Source of the DNA: Escherichia coli
Lineage (GTDB): Bacteria > Pseudomonadota > Gammaproteobacteria > Enterobacterales > Enterobacteriaceae
Assembly: GCF_025583345.2 (NCBI RefSeq)
Contig: NZ_CP123244.1
Direction: 5' to 3' (one strand)
Length of the DNA stretch: 32,000 bases
The number at the start of each line of letters is the position of its first letter. Position 1 is the first letter of the stretch. The notes under the pieces are model-generated. The model was not told where the DNA came from, did not search any database, and was given only the letters and a program-made list of their open reading frames with translations. Below are positions 10,201 through 18,397 of the stretch, in pieces. A program made the translations under genes and the position numbers.

Positions 10201-13200
10201 CACGGTGGAGATCTCTGTCACCAGCCAGACGGCGGGGATCAGTGCAGTCACTGCAACCATCAACAGCAGCAGCCAGAGCCGGAACGTGACGTTTATCGCC
10301 GATGTCAGGACGGCGCAGATCACGGTGCTGGAAGTGACGCAGGATAACGCAGTAGCAGACGGCGCAATGGCGAATACGTTGCGGGTGAGGGTGACCGATG
10401 CGTTCGGCAATGCGCTTGCCGGGCAGACGGTCAGCGTGTTGACGGACAACGGCGCAACGACTGCCCCGACGGTGATCACAGAGCCGGACGGCACGGTGGA
10501 AATCAGTGTCACCAGCCAGACGGCGGGGATCAGTACTGTCACTGCCAGCATCAACAACAGCAGCCTGAGCCAGAGCGTGATGTTTATCGCCGATATCAGG
10601 ACGGCGCAGATCGCGGATCTGGTGGTCATTAAGGACGGCTCAGAGGCGGACGGGGCGACGGCGAACACGCTGCGGGCGAGGGTGACCGATGCGTTCGGTA
10701 ATACGCTTGCCGGACAGACGGTCAGCGTGTTGGCGGACAACGGTGCAACAGTTGCCCCGACGGTGATCACAGAGCCGGACGGCACGGTGGCGATCTCTGT
10801 CACCAGCCAGACTGCCGGAATCAGTGCGGTCACCGCCAGCATCAACAGCAGCAACGCGAGCAGGAACGTGATGTTTATCGCCGATATCAGGACGGCGCAG
10901 ATCGCGGATCTGGGGGTTATTAAGGACGGCTCAGTGGCAGACGGTTCGACGGCGAACACGCTGCGGGCGAGGGTCACCGATGCGTTCGGGAATGCGCTTG
11001 CCGGGCAGACGGTCAGCGTGTTGGCGGACAACAGCGCAACGGTTGCCCCGACGGTGATTACAGAGCCGGACGGTATGGTGGAGATCCCTGTCACCAGCCA
11101 GACGGCAGGAATCAGTGTGGTCACCGCCAGCATCAACAGCAGCAGTCAAAGCCGGGATGTGACGTTTATCGCCGATATCAGGACGGCGCAGATCGCGGAC
11201 CTGGTGGTCATTAAGGACGGCTCAGTGGCTGACGGCGCAATGGCGAATATGCTGCGGGCAAGGGTGACCGATGCGTTCGGTAATGCGCTGAATGGACAGA
11301 CGGTCAGCGTGACGGCAGGCAACGGCGCAACGGTCACTCCGACGGTCACCACGCAGCCGGACGGCACGGTGGAGATCCCTGTCACCAGCCAGACGGCAGG
11401 CACCACTGCGGTCACTGCCAACATTAACAGCAGCAGCCAGAGCCGGAACGTCACGTTTATTGCGGATGTCAGGACGGCGAAGATCGCTGATCTGGTAGTC
11501 ACCCGGGATAACTCAGTGGCAGACGGTGCAATGGCGAATACGCTGCAAGTGAAGGTCACCGATGCATTCGGGAATGCGCTGAATGGGCAGACGGTCAGCG
11601 TATCGACAGACAACAGCGCAATGGTCACTCCGACGGTGACCACGCAGCCGGATGGCACGGTGGAGATCAGTGTCACCAGTCAGACGGCGGGGATCAGTAC
11701 AGTCACTGCCAGCATCAACAGCAGCAGCCAGAGCCGGGATGTGACGTTTATCGCCGATGTCAGAACGGCGCAGATCGCGAGTCTGGAGGTGACGCAGGAT
11801 AACGCCGTGGCTGACGGCGCAATGGCGGATATGCTGCGGGCGAGGGTCACCGATGCGTTCGGTAATGCGCTTGCCGGGCAGACGGTCAGCGTGATGGCGG
11901 ACAACGGTGCAGCGGTCGCTTCGACGATGACCACAAAGCCGGACGGCACGGTGGAGATCAGTGTCACCAGCCAGACGGCAGGAATCAGTGTGGTCACCGC
12001 CAGCATCAACAGCAGCAGTCAAAGCCGGGATGTGACGTTTATCGCCGATATCAGGACGGCGCAGATCGCGGACCTGGTGGTCATTAAGGACGGCTCAGTG
12101 GCTGACGGCGCAATGGCGAATATGCTGCGGGCGAGGGTCACCGATGCGTTCGGTAATGCACTTGCCGGGCAGACGGTCAGCGTGTTCGCAGGCAACGGTG
12201 CCACGACTGCTCCGACGGTTATCACCGAGCCGGACGGCACGGTGGAGATCTCTGTCACCAGCCAGACGGCAGGCACCAGTGCGGTCACTGCCAGCATTAA
12301 CAGCAGCAGCCAGAGCCGGGATGTGACGTTTATCGCCGATGTAAGAACGGCGAAGATCGCTGATCTGGTGGTCATTAAGGACGGCTCAGTGGCTGACGGC
12401 GCAATGGCGAACATGCTGCAGGTAAAGGTTACCGATGCTAACGGCAATGTGCTTGCCGGGCAGACGGTCAGCATGATGGCAGGCAACGGTGCAACGGTTG
12501 CCCCGACGGTGATTACAGAGCCGGACGGTACGGTGGAGATCCCTGTCACCAGCCAGACGGCGGGAGCCAGTGCGGTCACCGCCAGTATCAACAGCAGCAA
12601 CGCGAGCCGGAACGTGACGTTTGTTGCCGATGTCAGGACGGCGAAGATCGCGGATCTGGTGGTCATTAAGGACGGCTCAGTGGCAGACGGCGCAATGGCG
12701 AACACGCTGCAGGTGAAGGTCACCGATGCGTTCGGCAATGCGCTTGGCGGACAGACGGTCAGCGTGACGGCAGGCAACAGCGCAACGGTCACTCCGACGG
12801 TCACCACGCAGTCGGACGGTACGGTGGAGTTCAGTGTCACCAGTCAGACGGCGGGAGTTAGCGCAGTCACAGCAACCATCAACAATCATAGCCTGAGCCA
12901 GAACGTCACCTTTGTACCGGGTGACGCATCGCAGCTCACTTCAACCGTTGAAACAAATAAGTCTAACTACACGGTTGGAGAGACCATCACCATCACGGTA
13001 ACGCTCCGGGATGCGTTCGATAATCTGGTAACCGGTGCAGCTTCACAGTTAGCCGCTAATAGTGTGCTGACGGTGGATGGCACCGACCCGTCAGAAACGG
13101 GAAGCTGGGTTGAATCAGGTGGCGTGTATACCACAACCCGAATGGCGACGATTGCCGGTACCGATCAGCACGCTAACCTGCAACTGCAGACCTGGAGTGA

Positions 13201-15055
13201 TGGTGTAACGTCAGATCGCTATGACATACAGTCCGGTTCTCCGGCGCAAGCCACATCAACTATCGCCACGGATAAAAACGCATACACCGCTGGCGAGACG
13301 ATAACCGTCGCCGTGACGCTGAAAGATGCGCACGGTAACCTGGTTGAAGGGGGCGAGTCCTTACTGTCTGGTGATAACGTAACAGTGGAAGGAGCCGTAC
13401 GTTCAGGAGAGTGGTCTGAAACTGCCGGTGTTTATACTGCTACATGGTCGGCGCAAATGGCGGGAGACTCTCACCACGCGACGCTGACGTTGCCCGAGTG
13501 GGGCAGCAGTAAACAATCAGAGAGTTATTCCATCCACAGTGGTGCTCCGGTGCAGGCAAATTCTGCTATCAGGACAGATAAATCGGCATATATCGCCGGG
13601 GAGCCATTAACTGTCACAATAACGTTGCGGGATGAGTTTGGTAACCCTGCTTTAGGGCTGACATCAGAAGTCATCGAGTCTTATATCGATAATTTCGCGG
13701 TAGGTGGTGCAACTCCCGATTCTATGCAGTGGGTCGAGCAGAATAATGGTGAATATACCATTGTCTGGACAGCATGGGTTGCCGAGGAAAATCTGGTTGC
13801 CAGTCTGAAATTAAAAACATGGGCAACGGAGATTAAGTCCTCATTATACGGAATACAACCAGGTGCGGCGGCACAAACTCAATCCACGATTGTCACGGAC
13901 AAAACGAAATATATCGCTGGGGATAGCATAACGGTGACCGTTGTTCTTAAAGATGCCCAGGGTAACTTTATTACTGATGGTGTCGCGCAGCTTAATGAGG
14001 AAAACGTACAAGTCAGGAACGCTGATTCTATTCAAGGCAATAATTGGGTTTACAACGGCAATGGGCAATATCAAAGACAGTATATGGCGCATTTTGCGGA
14101 AGCGAACTTGAATGCGCAACTGAAGATGGCTGGTTGGAGCGATGCCAATTATTCAAAAAACTACACTATTAACAGAGGTGAAGTAAGTATGCTTCGTTCA
14201 CAGCTTCGTATACGCGAAGTTTTAGTGGTAGCTGGGGCGGATATACCTGTTAGTGTTTTATTATCTGATGAATTTGGTAATCCTGTGAATGACGGTCTGG
14301 ATTTGCTGACAGATGATGCAGTGTACTTACAAAATGTGGAAAAGAAACATTGGTCCAGTTGGACATTTGTAGGTGATGGCAGATATGAGCGTACCTATAT
14401 GGCTTACAAAGAAGGAGAAAACTTAAACTCTTATCTACATATTAATGGTTGGTATGTAGGCGGGCAACCGTCTTATACCATCCTTCCTTTTGTGGAAGTC
14501 GAGTCGCTTAGTGTCAATGGTGCAAAATTCAGGGCGGCAGATGGTTTTCCCAAAACAGGGTTTGATGGTGCTAAATTTACACTGATATTAACCCACAATA
14601 TGAAAAACACAGATTATAATTGGACCAGTGGCATACAGGGTATTCAGGTCGATAGTAATGGTATGGTGACTTTAGAATTCATTATCAATAAAGAGGTTAC
14701 TATTACAGGAACGCCGAAAAGCAATAAAGGGAATAAAGTTACATATAAATTCTCACTGCAGAAATGGTTTATACCTCAAGGGATAATTCAGGAATCATGG
14801 AGTGAGATGAATTCATATTGTATTGGTAATGGTTATATACTACCGTCTAGTACGGATTTAGTTGGGAGTTCAACTAGCGGTGCTGTCCCGCGAAAAGTAG
14901 GTTCGTTATGGGGTGAATATGGTAATCTGACTTCGTATGACGGAATATTTCGCGCTGAACATTATTGGCTCGACAGCGGTATGATATTTTATCCAGGAGA
15001 TGGTCATCTCTCGATTGCGCCACGTTCATCCCCACTGTGTATGAAAACGTTCTGA
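4229..15055 (+). CDS. air: Giant inverse autotransporter / intimin-invasin-like adhesin with Ig-like (Big_1) repeats, Air-like, 3608 aa
   Basis: Long signal region (RRLTAGICLITQTIFPVMAAAP) and LysM-like segment (IPYTLGALETPPTVAARFGITVDELRRLNQF..). Intimin-type beta-domain follows (WLSRWGTARVSLGVDEDFSLKSSSFEFLHPWYETPDNLVFSQHTLHHTDDRTQTNHGIGWRYF). Many Big_1-type repeats come next, then a distinct C-terminal region. Gene symbol by synteny with eilA/eip genes. Confidence 0.88.
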   Translation: MAGKAHGNGERRGDNTICGLGDRLRRLTAGICLITQTIFPVMAAAPTHINHAHSDTATSLILPNVKTIPYTLGALETPPTVAARFGITVDELRRLNQFRTFARGFDNVRQGDEIDVPLINSNSPEARNLKAMQMERDGKDPQMQVAEVAQQSGTLLARDMDSEQAASMARGWVASSASAQATDWLSRWGTARVSLGVDEDFSLKSSSFEFLHPWYETPDNLVFSQHTLHHTDDRTQTNHGIGWRYFTPSWMSGVNMFIDHDLTRYHTRTGMGVEYWRDYLKLSGNGYLRLSNWRSAPELDHDYEARPANGWDLRAEGWLPAWPQLGGKLVYEQYYGDEVALFGKDERQNDPHAITAGLSYTPVPLISFSAEQRQGKQGENDTRIGMELTLQPGHSLQKQLDPAEVAARRSLVGSRYDLVDRNNNIVLEYRKKELVRLTLTDPLKGKPGEVKSLVSSLQTKYALKGYDIEAASLQSAGGKVAVSGKDIQVTIPPYRFTAMPETDNTYPIAVTAEDSKGNFSRREESMVVVEKPTLSLADSTLSVDLQILLADGKSTSTLTYTARDSSGKPIPGMTLKTQAKGLQDFALSEWKDNGNGTYTQIVTAGKTSGALSLMPQFNGDDIAKTPALIAIVANTASRADSTIETDQDNYVAGKPIVVKVTLRDDNGNGVTGRKELLKQTVKVDNTKADAVSAWTEESEGIYKASYTAHLIGDKLTAQLTMPGWQTKHSDAFSIAGDKDTAKIAAMQITANNAVARRDHNTVAVTVRDVHQNLLQGQNVTFTVVNGAAVFADPNGGIVTTDKDGIASVNLASDQAVNSLIKAEINGSSQSVEVSFITGDISQLTSTIKTDDVSYTAGGKIKVSVTLMDEQKNLVKGMASLLAGSGVVEVSGTDKNETGNWSEESDGVYTTTRTAKIAGDRHYATLKLSTWSSAQQSDAYAIRESGAVLAYSSIVTDKTTYTAGGAIKVTVTLKDSYENLVGGQRDAINLAIQLPNTKAESIAWNEDQKGIYTATYTALLPGTGLKAQLQMSGWANALTSNDYSISGDAASAQIVAMQVTTGNPDVLANGSDRHTVNVRVEDQFGNVLPEQTVTFTVTKGAAVFANAGQSADIRTDAHGMAEVDLSSTVADASTVEAKVNQSSDSKTVNFVADVSTAQIADLVVIKDGSVADGSTANTLRVRVTDAFGNALDGQTVSVLADNSATVAPTVITEPDGTVEISVTSQTAGVSAVTASINNSSLSRNVTFVADVRTAKIADLVVMQDGSVADGTTANTLRARVTDAFGNALAGQTVSVTAGNSATVASTVTTKPDGTVAISVTSQTAGSSTVTATINSSSQSRNVTFVADVRTAKIADLVVIKDGSVADGATANTLRARVTDAFGNALAGQTVSVLADNSATVAPTVITGPDGTVEISVISQTAGISAVTASINSSSQSRDVTFIADVRTAQIAELVVIKDGSEADGATANTLQVKVTDANGNALAGQTVSVLADNGATTAPTVITEPDGKVEISVTSQTAGVSAVTASINNSTLSQNVMFIADIRTAQIAELVVIKDGSEADGATANTLRARVTDAFGNALAGQTVSVLADNGATVTPTVITGPDGTVEISVTSQTAGISAVTASINSSSQSRDVTFIADVRTAQIADLVVIKDGSEADGSTANTLRARVTDAFGNALAGQTVSVLADNGATVAPTVITGPDGTVEISLTSQTAGTSVVTVSINNSSLSQSVTFIADVRTAKIADLVVIKDGSVADGATANTLRVRVTDAFGNTLAGQTVSVTAGNSAMVASTVITGPDGTVEISVTSQTAGTSTVTASINNSSQSRNVTFTADVRTAQIAELEVTQDNAVADGAMANMLRARVTDAFGNTLAGQTVSVTAGNGATVTPTVTTQPDGTVEISVTSQTAGISAVTASINSSSQSQSVTFVADIRTAQIADLVVIKDGSEADGSTANTLRVRVTDAFGNALDGQTVSVLAGNGATVSPTVITGPDGTVEISVTSQTAGISAVTATINSSSQSRNVTFIADVRTAQITVLEVTQDNAVADGAMANTLRVRVTDAFGNALAGQTVSVLTDNGATTAPTVITEPDGTVEISVTSQTAGISTVTASINNSSLSQSVMFIADIRTAQIADLVVIKDGSEADGATANTLRARVTDAFGNTLAGQTVSVLADNGATVAPTVITEPDGTVAISVTSQTAGISAVTASINSSNASRNVMFIADIRTAQIADLGVIKDGSVADGSTANTLRARVTDAFGNALAGQTVSVLADNSATVAPTVITEPDGMVEIPVTSQTAGISVVTASINSSSQSRDVTFIADIRTAQIADLVVIKDGSVADGAMANMLRARVTDAFGNALNGQTVSVTAGNGATVTPTVTTQPDGTVEIPVTSQTAGTTAVTANINSSSQSRNVTFIADVRTAKIADLVVTRDNSVADGAMANTLQVKVTDAFGNALNGQTVSVSTDNSAMVTPTVTTQPDGTVEISVTSQTAGISTVTASINSSSQSRDVTFIADVRTAQIASLEVTQDNAVADGAMADMLRARVTDAFGNALAGQTVSVMADNGAAVASTMTTKPDGTVEISVTSQTAGISVVTASINSSSQSRDVTFIADIRTAQIADLVVIKDGSVADGAMANMLRARVTDAFGNALAGQTVSVFAGNGATTAPTVITEPDGTVEISVTSQTAGTSAVTASINSSSQSRDVTFIADVRTAKIADLVVIKDGSVADGAMANMLQVKVTDANGNVLAGQTVSMMAGNGATVAPTVITEPDGTVEIPVTSQTAGASAVTASINSSNASRNVTFVADVRTAKIADLVVIKDGSVADGAMANTLQVKVTDAFGNALGGQTVSVTAGNSATVTPTVTTQSDGTVEFSVTSQTAGVSAVTATINNHSLSQNVTFVPGDASQLTSTVETNKSNYTVGETITITVTLRDAFDNLVTGAASQLAANSVLTVDGTDPSETGSWVESGGVYTTTRMATIAGTDQHANLQLQTWSDGVTSDRYDIQSGSPAQATSTIATDKNAYTAGETITVAVTLKDAHGNLVEGGESLLSGDNVTVEGAVRSGEWSETAGVYTATWSAQMAGDSHHATLTLPEWGSSKQSESYSIHSGAPVQANSAIRTDKSAYIAGEPLTVTITLRDEFGNPALGLTSEVIESYIDNFAVGGATPDSMQWVEQNNGEYTIVWTAWVAEENLVASLKLKTWATEIKSSLYGIQPGAAAQTQSTIVTDKTKYIAGDSITVTVVLKDAQGNFITDGVAQLNEENVQVRNADSIQGNNWVYNGNGQYQRQYMAHFAEANLNAQLKMAGWSDANYSKNYTINRGEVSMLRSQLRIREVLVVAGADIPVSVLLSDEFGNPVNDGLDLLTDDAVYLQNVEKKHWSSWTFVGDGRYERTYMAYKEGENLNSYLHINGWYVGGQPSYTILPFVEVESLSVNGAKFRAADGFPKTGFDGAKFTLILTHNMKNTDYNWTSGIQGIQVDSNGMVTLEFIINKEVTITGTPKSNKGNKVTYKFSLQKWFIPQGIIQESWSEMNSYCIGNGYILPSSTDLVGSSTSGAVPRKVGSLWGEYGNLTSYDGIFRAEHYWLDSGMIFYPGDGHLSIAPRSSPLCMKTF
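7679..12916 (+). repeat. Tandem array of 18 in-frame 291-bp (97-aa) Ig-like repeat units inside the adhesin gene
   Basis: Units begin ADV/ADI(R/S)TA(Q/K)I... and end ...VTF(V/I/T). I counted 18 unit starts and 18 x 291 = 5238 bp exactly spans 7679-12916. Confidence 0.93.
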
Positions 15056-15068
15056 TATTATTTATGTT

Positions 15069-15092
15069 ATTGCCCTGCATCAGCAGGGCAAT
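15069..15092. terminator. Stem-loop between convergent air-like and eilA-like genes
   Basis: ATTGCCCTGC-ATCA-GCAGGGCAAT, perfect 10-bp stem and 4-nt loop, followed by TTTATCTTC on the + strand. Confidence 0.6.
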
Positions 15093-15104
15093 TTATCTTC
15101 GCTC

Positions 15105-16802
15105 TTACGCAGAACTCCGCATCACACCAATAGTATTAAATTCATTTTTCACACTGAGCAAACGGGGGTCATGAAGCAACACATTTGACCATAAATCACT
15201 CTCTTTAATTAATTGTTGCCAGCGCTTTTCATATTCTTTTTTACCATAAACAGTGTAAATTAACGGCAAAATCACACCATTGATTTTGTTAGTGTTAATA
15301 TTTGCCAGTAACTTCATAATGTCATTTTTTATAGATGCGCCATAGATCAGAAACTTCGTATAAAGCGAGTTAACGCAGGTGTAATCAAGACCATGTTCAG
15401 GTTCAAGTTTAAGCAATAAACTTTTGGCTTTGTCATTATGTCCTTTCAGTGCCATGAACATAGCCAGAATAGATATAATAATTGGATTGTTACAGGTGTT
15501 TTGACTGTTAAGATTTAATGCAAAAGATATCGCGTTATCGAGGGGGGATGTGTAATAAAGTATAATTAATTTAAGAATGCTTATGCCCATTTTATTGGGT
15601 TCAAGAGCAATGCTTTTTTCTATTAGATTAAATGCTCTTGCAAGGTCACCATTCAAAAAACATAGCAGAGACTGATAATAATAAACGTCTGGCGAATTAG
15701 GTTTGAGTAAATGTGCTTGTTTAAATAGCACATTAGACACTGAATGTTCATCTTTTAGCCCACTGATTAAACCCAGTAAACCCAATGCCTGAGAATTTGA
15801 AGGGTTAATTTCCAGAGCCTTTTCAATAGAGGTTACTGCCGTAGTTATTGCTTGTTTTTGTTCACTGAGTCCAAGGAGTGCTAATGATATATGGCATTCC
15901 GCCAGGCAACAGTAGGGCAAGGTATTTTGCGGTTGCGTACTCACACAATCTCTAAATATTACTAATGCTCGTTTCAAACTTTCTGGTGTATAACGGTACA
16001 TTTCCATCCTGCCATTCATATACATAACAGCAGAATCCAGAGATGGCATTTGTTGTGTATTAATGGATTTAAAATTAATGTTGGGTATTTTTTCAATAAG
16101 AATATTAATTACTTGTGATAATAGCACGGAAAGGGGATTGTCGGGGTTGAAATCAATACTTTGATGATCAATCAATTTATGCGTTCTGGCATGGATTAAT
16201 TCAATAAATAAACGCCAGTTTTTACCATAGTGAACGACCTGACCCATAATATAATATTCTGGACCTGTTTTATTGATAAACTGATGGATGGTGGAGAAAT
16301 CACAGGCTTCATTCGTTACCGAAGCGGGTAAAATATCTAAACCACAAAAAGCATATTTTGAAAGGCCCTGGACCAGTTCGTAATGGAGTTTTAGAACATT
16401 GATCGAACCTTCAGTACGAAAGGGAAAAACGGCAAGAGTGGTGGTCGACTTTACCGGTTCATTATCGGTTACAATCACAATGGGGACAGTAAAACGGTAT
16501 CCACGACCATAGACCGTTTCGATATACTTACACTGTTTATTCTCATGCAAAAGTTTACGTAATGCATAAATACACCGTGTTAAAGATTCATCGCTGGCAA
16601 CACTCGCGCTCCAGACCTTATCGATAATCTCTTCTTTACTAACAATTTCACCGTCAGCATTAAGTAATAGAATGATAACGCCAAGTTCTTTCGGGGGAAT
16701 ATGATATTCTTTGTTTTTGAATAATAATATTCCATTGTTTTTTAATACAAAGTCGCCAAATATATATTGTTGTGTGTTATTTTTTCCATGTTGCAGTTGC
16801 AT
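15105..16802 (-). CDS. eilA: HilA-like transcriptional regulator (OmpR/ToxR-type winged helix N-terminus plus TPR-rich C-terminus), 565 aa
   Basis: N-terminus YIFGDFVLKNNGILLFKNKEYHIPPKELGVIILLLNADGEIVSKEEIIDKVWSASVASDESLTRCIYALRKLLHENKQCKYIETVYGRGYRF; C-terminal TPR-like NPSNSQALGLLGLISGLKD... Adjacent to translocon genes. Confidence 0.87.
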   Translation of the reverse strand: MQLQHGKNNTQQYIFGDFVLKNNGILLFKNKEYHIPPKELGVIILLLNADGEIVSKEEIIDKVWSASVASDESLTRCIYALRKLLHENKQCKYIETVYGRGYRFTVPIVIVTDNEPVKSTTTLAVFPFRTEGSINVLKLHYELVQGLSKYAFCGLDILPASVTNEACDFSTIHQFINKTGPEYYIMGQVVHYGKNWRLFIELIHARTHKLIDHQSIDFNPDNPLSVLLSQVINILIEKIPNINFKSINTQQMPSLDSAVMYMNGRMEMYRYTPESLKRALVIFRDCVSTQPQNTLPYCCLAECHISLALLGLSEQKQAITTAVTSIEKALEINPSNSQALGLLGLISGLKDEHSVSNVLFKQAHLLKPNSPDVYYYQSLLCFLNGDLARAFNLIEKSIALEPNKMGISILKLIILYYTSPLDNAISFALNLNSQNTCNNPIIISILAMFMALKGHNDKAKSLLLKLEPEHGLDYTCVNSLYTKFLIYGASIKNDIMKLLANINTNKINGVILPLIYTVYGKKEYEKRWQQLIKESDLWSNVLLHDPRLLSVKNEFNTIGVMRSSA

Positions 16803-16950
16803 AGAACGCTCCTTCCATTTTCTCTATTCATAGTATTAATTTGATCTGTCTAAAATAAAGTATTGGCAGAATTGCTCTATCAAAAAACGCTCATTTTGTA
16901 AGATTGTGATGAAAAAATGAATGAAAGGTGATGCTTAATAATATGAAACG

Positions 16951-16973
16951 CTGGTCCCATTTTACGGGACCAG
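16951..16973. terminator. Stem-loop between eipD-like and eilA-like genes (possible attenuator/terminator)
   Basis: CTGGTCCC-ATTTTAC-GGGACCAG, perfect 8-bp stem; no strong T-run on either side. Confidence 0.35.
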
Positions 16974-17004
16974 ATAGTGGACGATAATTGTAGGTGTTAC
17001 TTAA

Positions 17005-18354
17005 TCAGAAACGTAAATAATCTTTCGCTGAATCAAACAACGCAGTAATGGTTGAAGATAATAATTTTATAATTGTATCGTAGGTGGAGTTGGCTGTACT
17101 GTATTTAGTCGTTATAACCTGCACGTCGGTTTTCATGTTTTCTGCCTGGCCATTATAACCCGCCAACCATGCCTGGTATTCAGCCGTGCTTATTTCGTAG
17201 CCGGTGAATTCTTTAGATATATTTTTTTCCTTCCCTTTATCATCCCTGTGAACCATTGAGTCTGAAGACTGGCTCATACTGTCAATAATCTGAGGGTTGG
17301 GAATAATAACATACAGACCGCTACCTTGCGGTTCAACTTCGACTATAGGAGAAGGTGTGCGGTGTTTTGGGTCGGGTGGAATAACCGGAAGTCCTAAAGC
17401 GGCGCACCATTTTTCTGCTTCTTCCAGTGGAACACCAATTTTGTCAGCAGGTGCCGGAGGGTATAAAACATAGTCTGGATTGTAATGATAATGAAAATCA
17501 CCATTAGGATATTTATCGATATAATAAAAATGCATCAAGGCTTTTTGGAATGCATTGACATCAAAAACTATCGCATCGCCTTTTTTATTAGAGTGAGTCC
17601 ATTTTCCCATATTGCTTTGGATATGTTCACTGAAGTCCTGCCAGTATGCGCTCATTATCTCAACGCTATTTGCATAGATTTCGAGGTAGTCACTACCGAG
17701 CACACTCATCAAATCAGCAATATCACTACATATATATTTATCACTTTTAAATTCGCTTGAACTACTGGCCGTTAAAGTACTGCTGGTTGCTGAACTTCTC
17801 ATTTCAGGCGCAAAACTATCTAAAGAAGCGATAACGTGAGTTAAGGTTCCTTTGGTCGTTGCCATTGCACCTGGCCCGGTTGTGTTGTGAGCAACGTTAG
17901 CCAGGGTTTTTCTCACAGAGTTATGCAGGGTCAATATTTTAGCGGGATCCTTTAATTTTCCGTCAATAGTATTAACATTTTCTGTAAGCTGCAGAACGTT
18001 TTTTATCAGCAAATAACTTTCGTGTAAGAGCGCAGATCCTTTCTCTGACAGGTTCTCAGTTGGGAAATTTCTGAGCATGTTTTTAACGAAGTTAAGTTGT
18101 ATGTCGTGCTGGCATTTCCATTCTTCATTTCGCGGGCTACGTTCACTGACCAAAGTTGATAGTTTCTCAACATCTTTCTTGAGCATAGCGCCAATATTAT
18201 TATCCTTACTGGCGCTGTTATGCAAATTTCCCTCGCTTTTGCTGTTTACCAGTTGATGAGGCTCCTCACTTTGCGAGGATGCCTCTTTGAGAGGAATGTT
18301 TGCATTCTGCTGACGTAGAATATCTATATTTAAATTATTATCTTTATTAATCAT
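17005..18354 (-). CDS. eipD: Type III secretion needle-tip/translocon protein, SipD/IpaD/BipD family
   Basis: 449 aa; C-terminus ISTAEYQAWLAGYNGQAENMKTDVQVITTKYSTANSTYDTIIKLLSSTITALFDSAKDYLRF matches the conserved SipD/IpaD C-terminal helix. Confidence 0.88.
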   Translation of the reverse strand: MINKDNNLNIDILRQQNANIPLKEASSQSEEPHQLVNSKSEGNLHNSASKDNNIGAMLKKDVEKLSTLVSERSPRNEEWKCQHDIQLNFVKNMLRNFPTENLSEKGSALLHESYLLIKNVLQLTENVNTIDGKLKDPAKILTLHNSVRKTLANVAHNTTGPGAMATTKGTLTHVIASLDSFAPEMRSSATSSTLTASSSSEFKSDKYICSDIADLMSVLGSDYLEIYANSVEIMSAYWQDFSEHIQSNMGKWTHSNKKGDAIVFDVNAFQKALMHFYYIDKYPNGDFHYHYNPDYVLYPPAPADKIGVPLEEAEKWCAALGLPVIPPDPKHRTPSPIVEVEPQGSGLYVIIPNPQIIDSMSQSSDSMVHRDDKGKEKNISKEFTGYEISTAEYQAWLAGYNGQAENMKTDVQVITTKYSTANSTYDTIIKLLSSTITALFDSAKDYLRF

Positions 18355-18397
18355 GAGTCATTCCTCCTTAAATATAATTAACTATTATTGCAATAAT

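Noticed and set aside
9109-12840. Long minus-strand ORFs (273, 384, 273 aa and others) opposite the repeat array
   Set aside because: They are mutually similar because the repeats are identical, run exactly antisense to clear Ig-like coding sequence, and have repetitive low-information products (LLMLAVTALIPAVWLVTEISTVPSG). They are best explained as shadow ORFs of a GC-rich periodic gene.
7679-12916. Possible CRISPR array or non-coding satellite
   Set aside because: Unit length is 291 bp, in frame, with contiguous coding and no repeat/spacer alternation. It is an intragenic protein-domain repeat.
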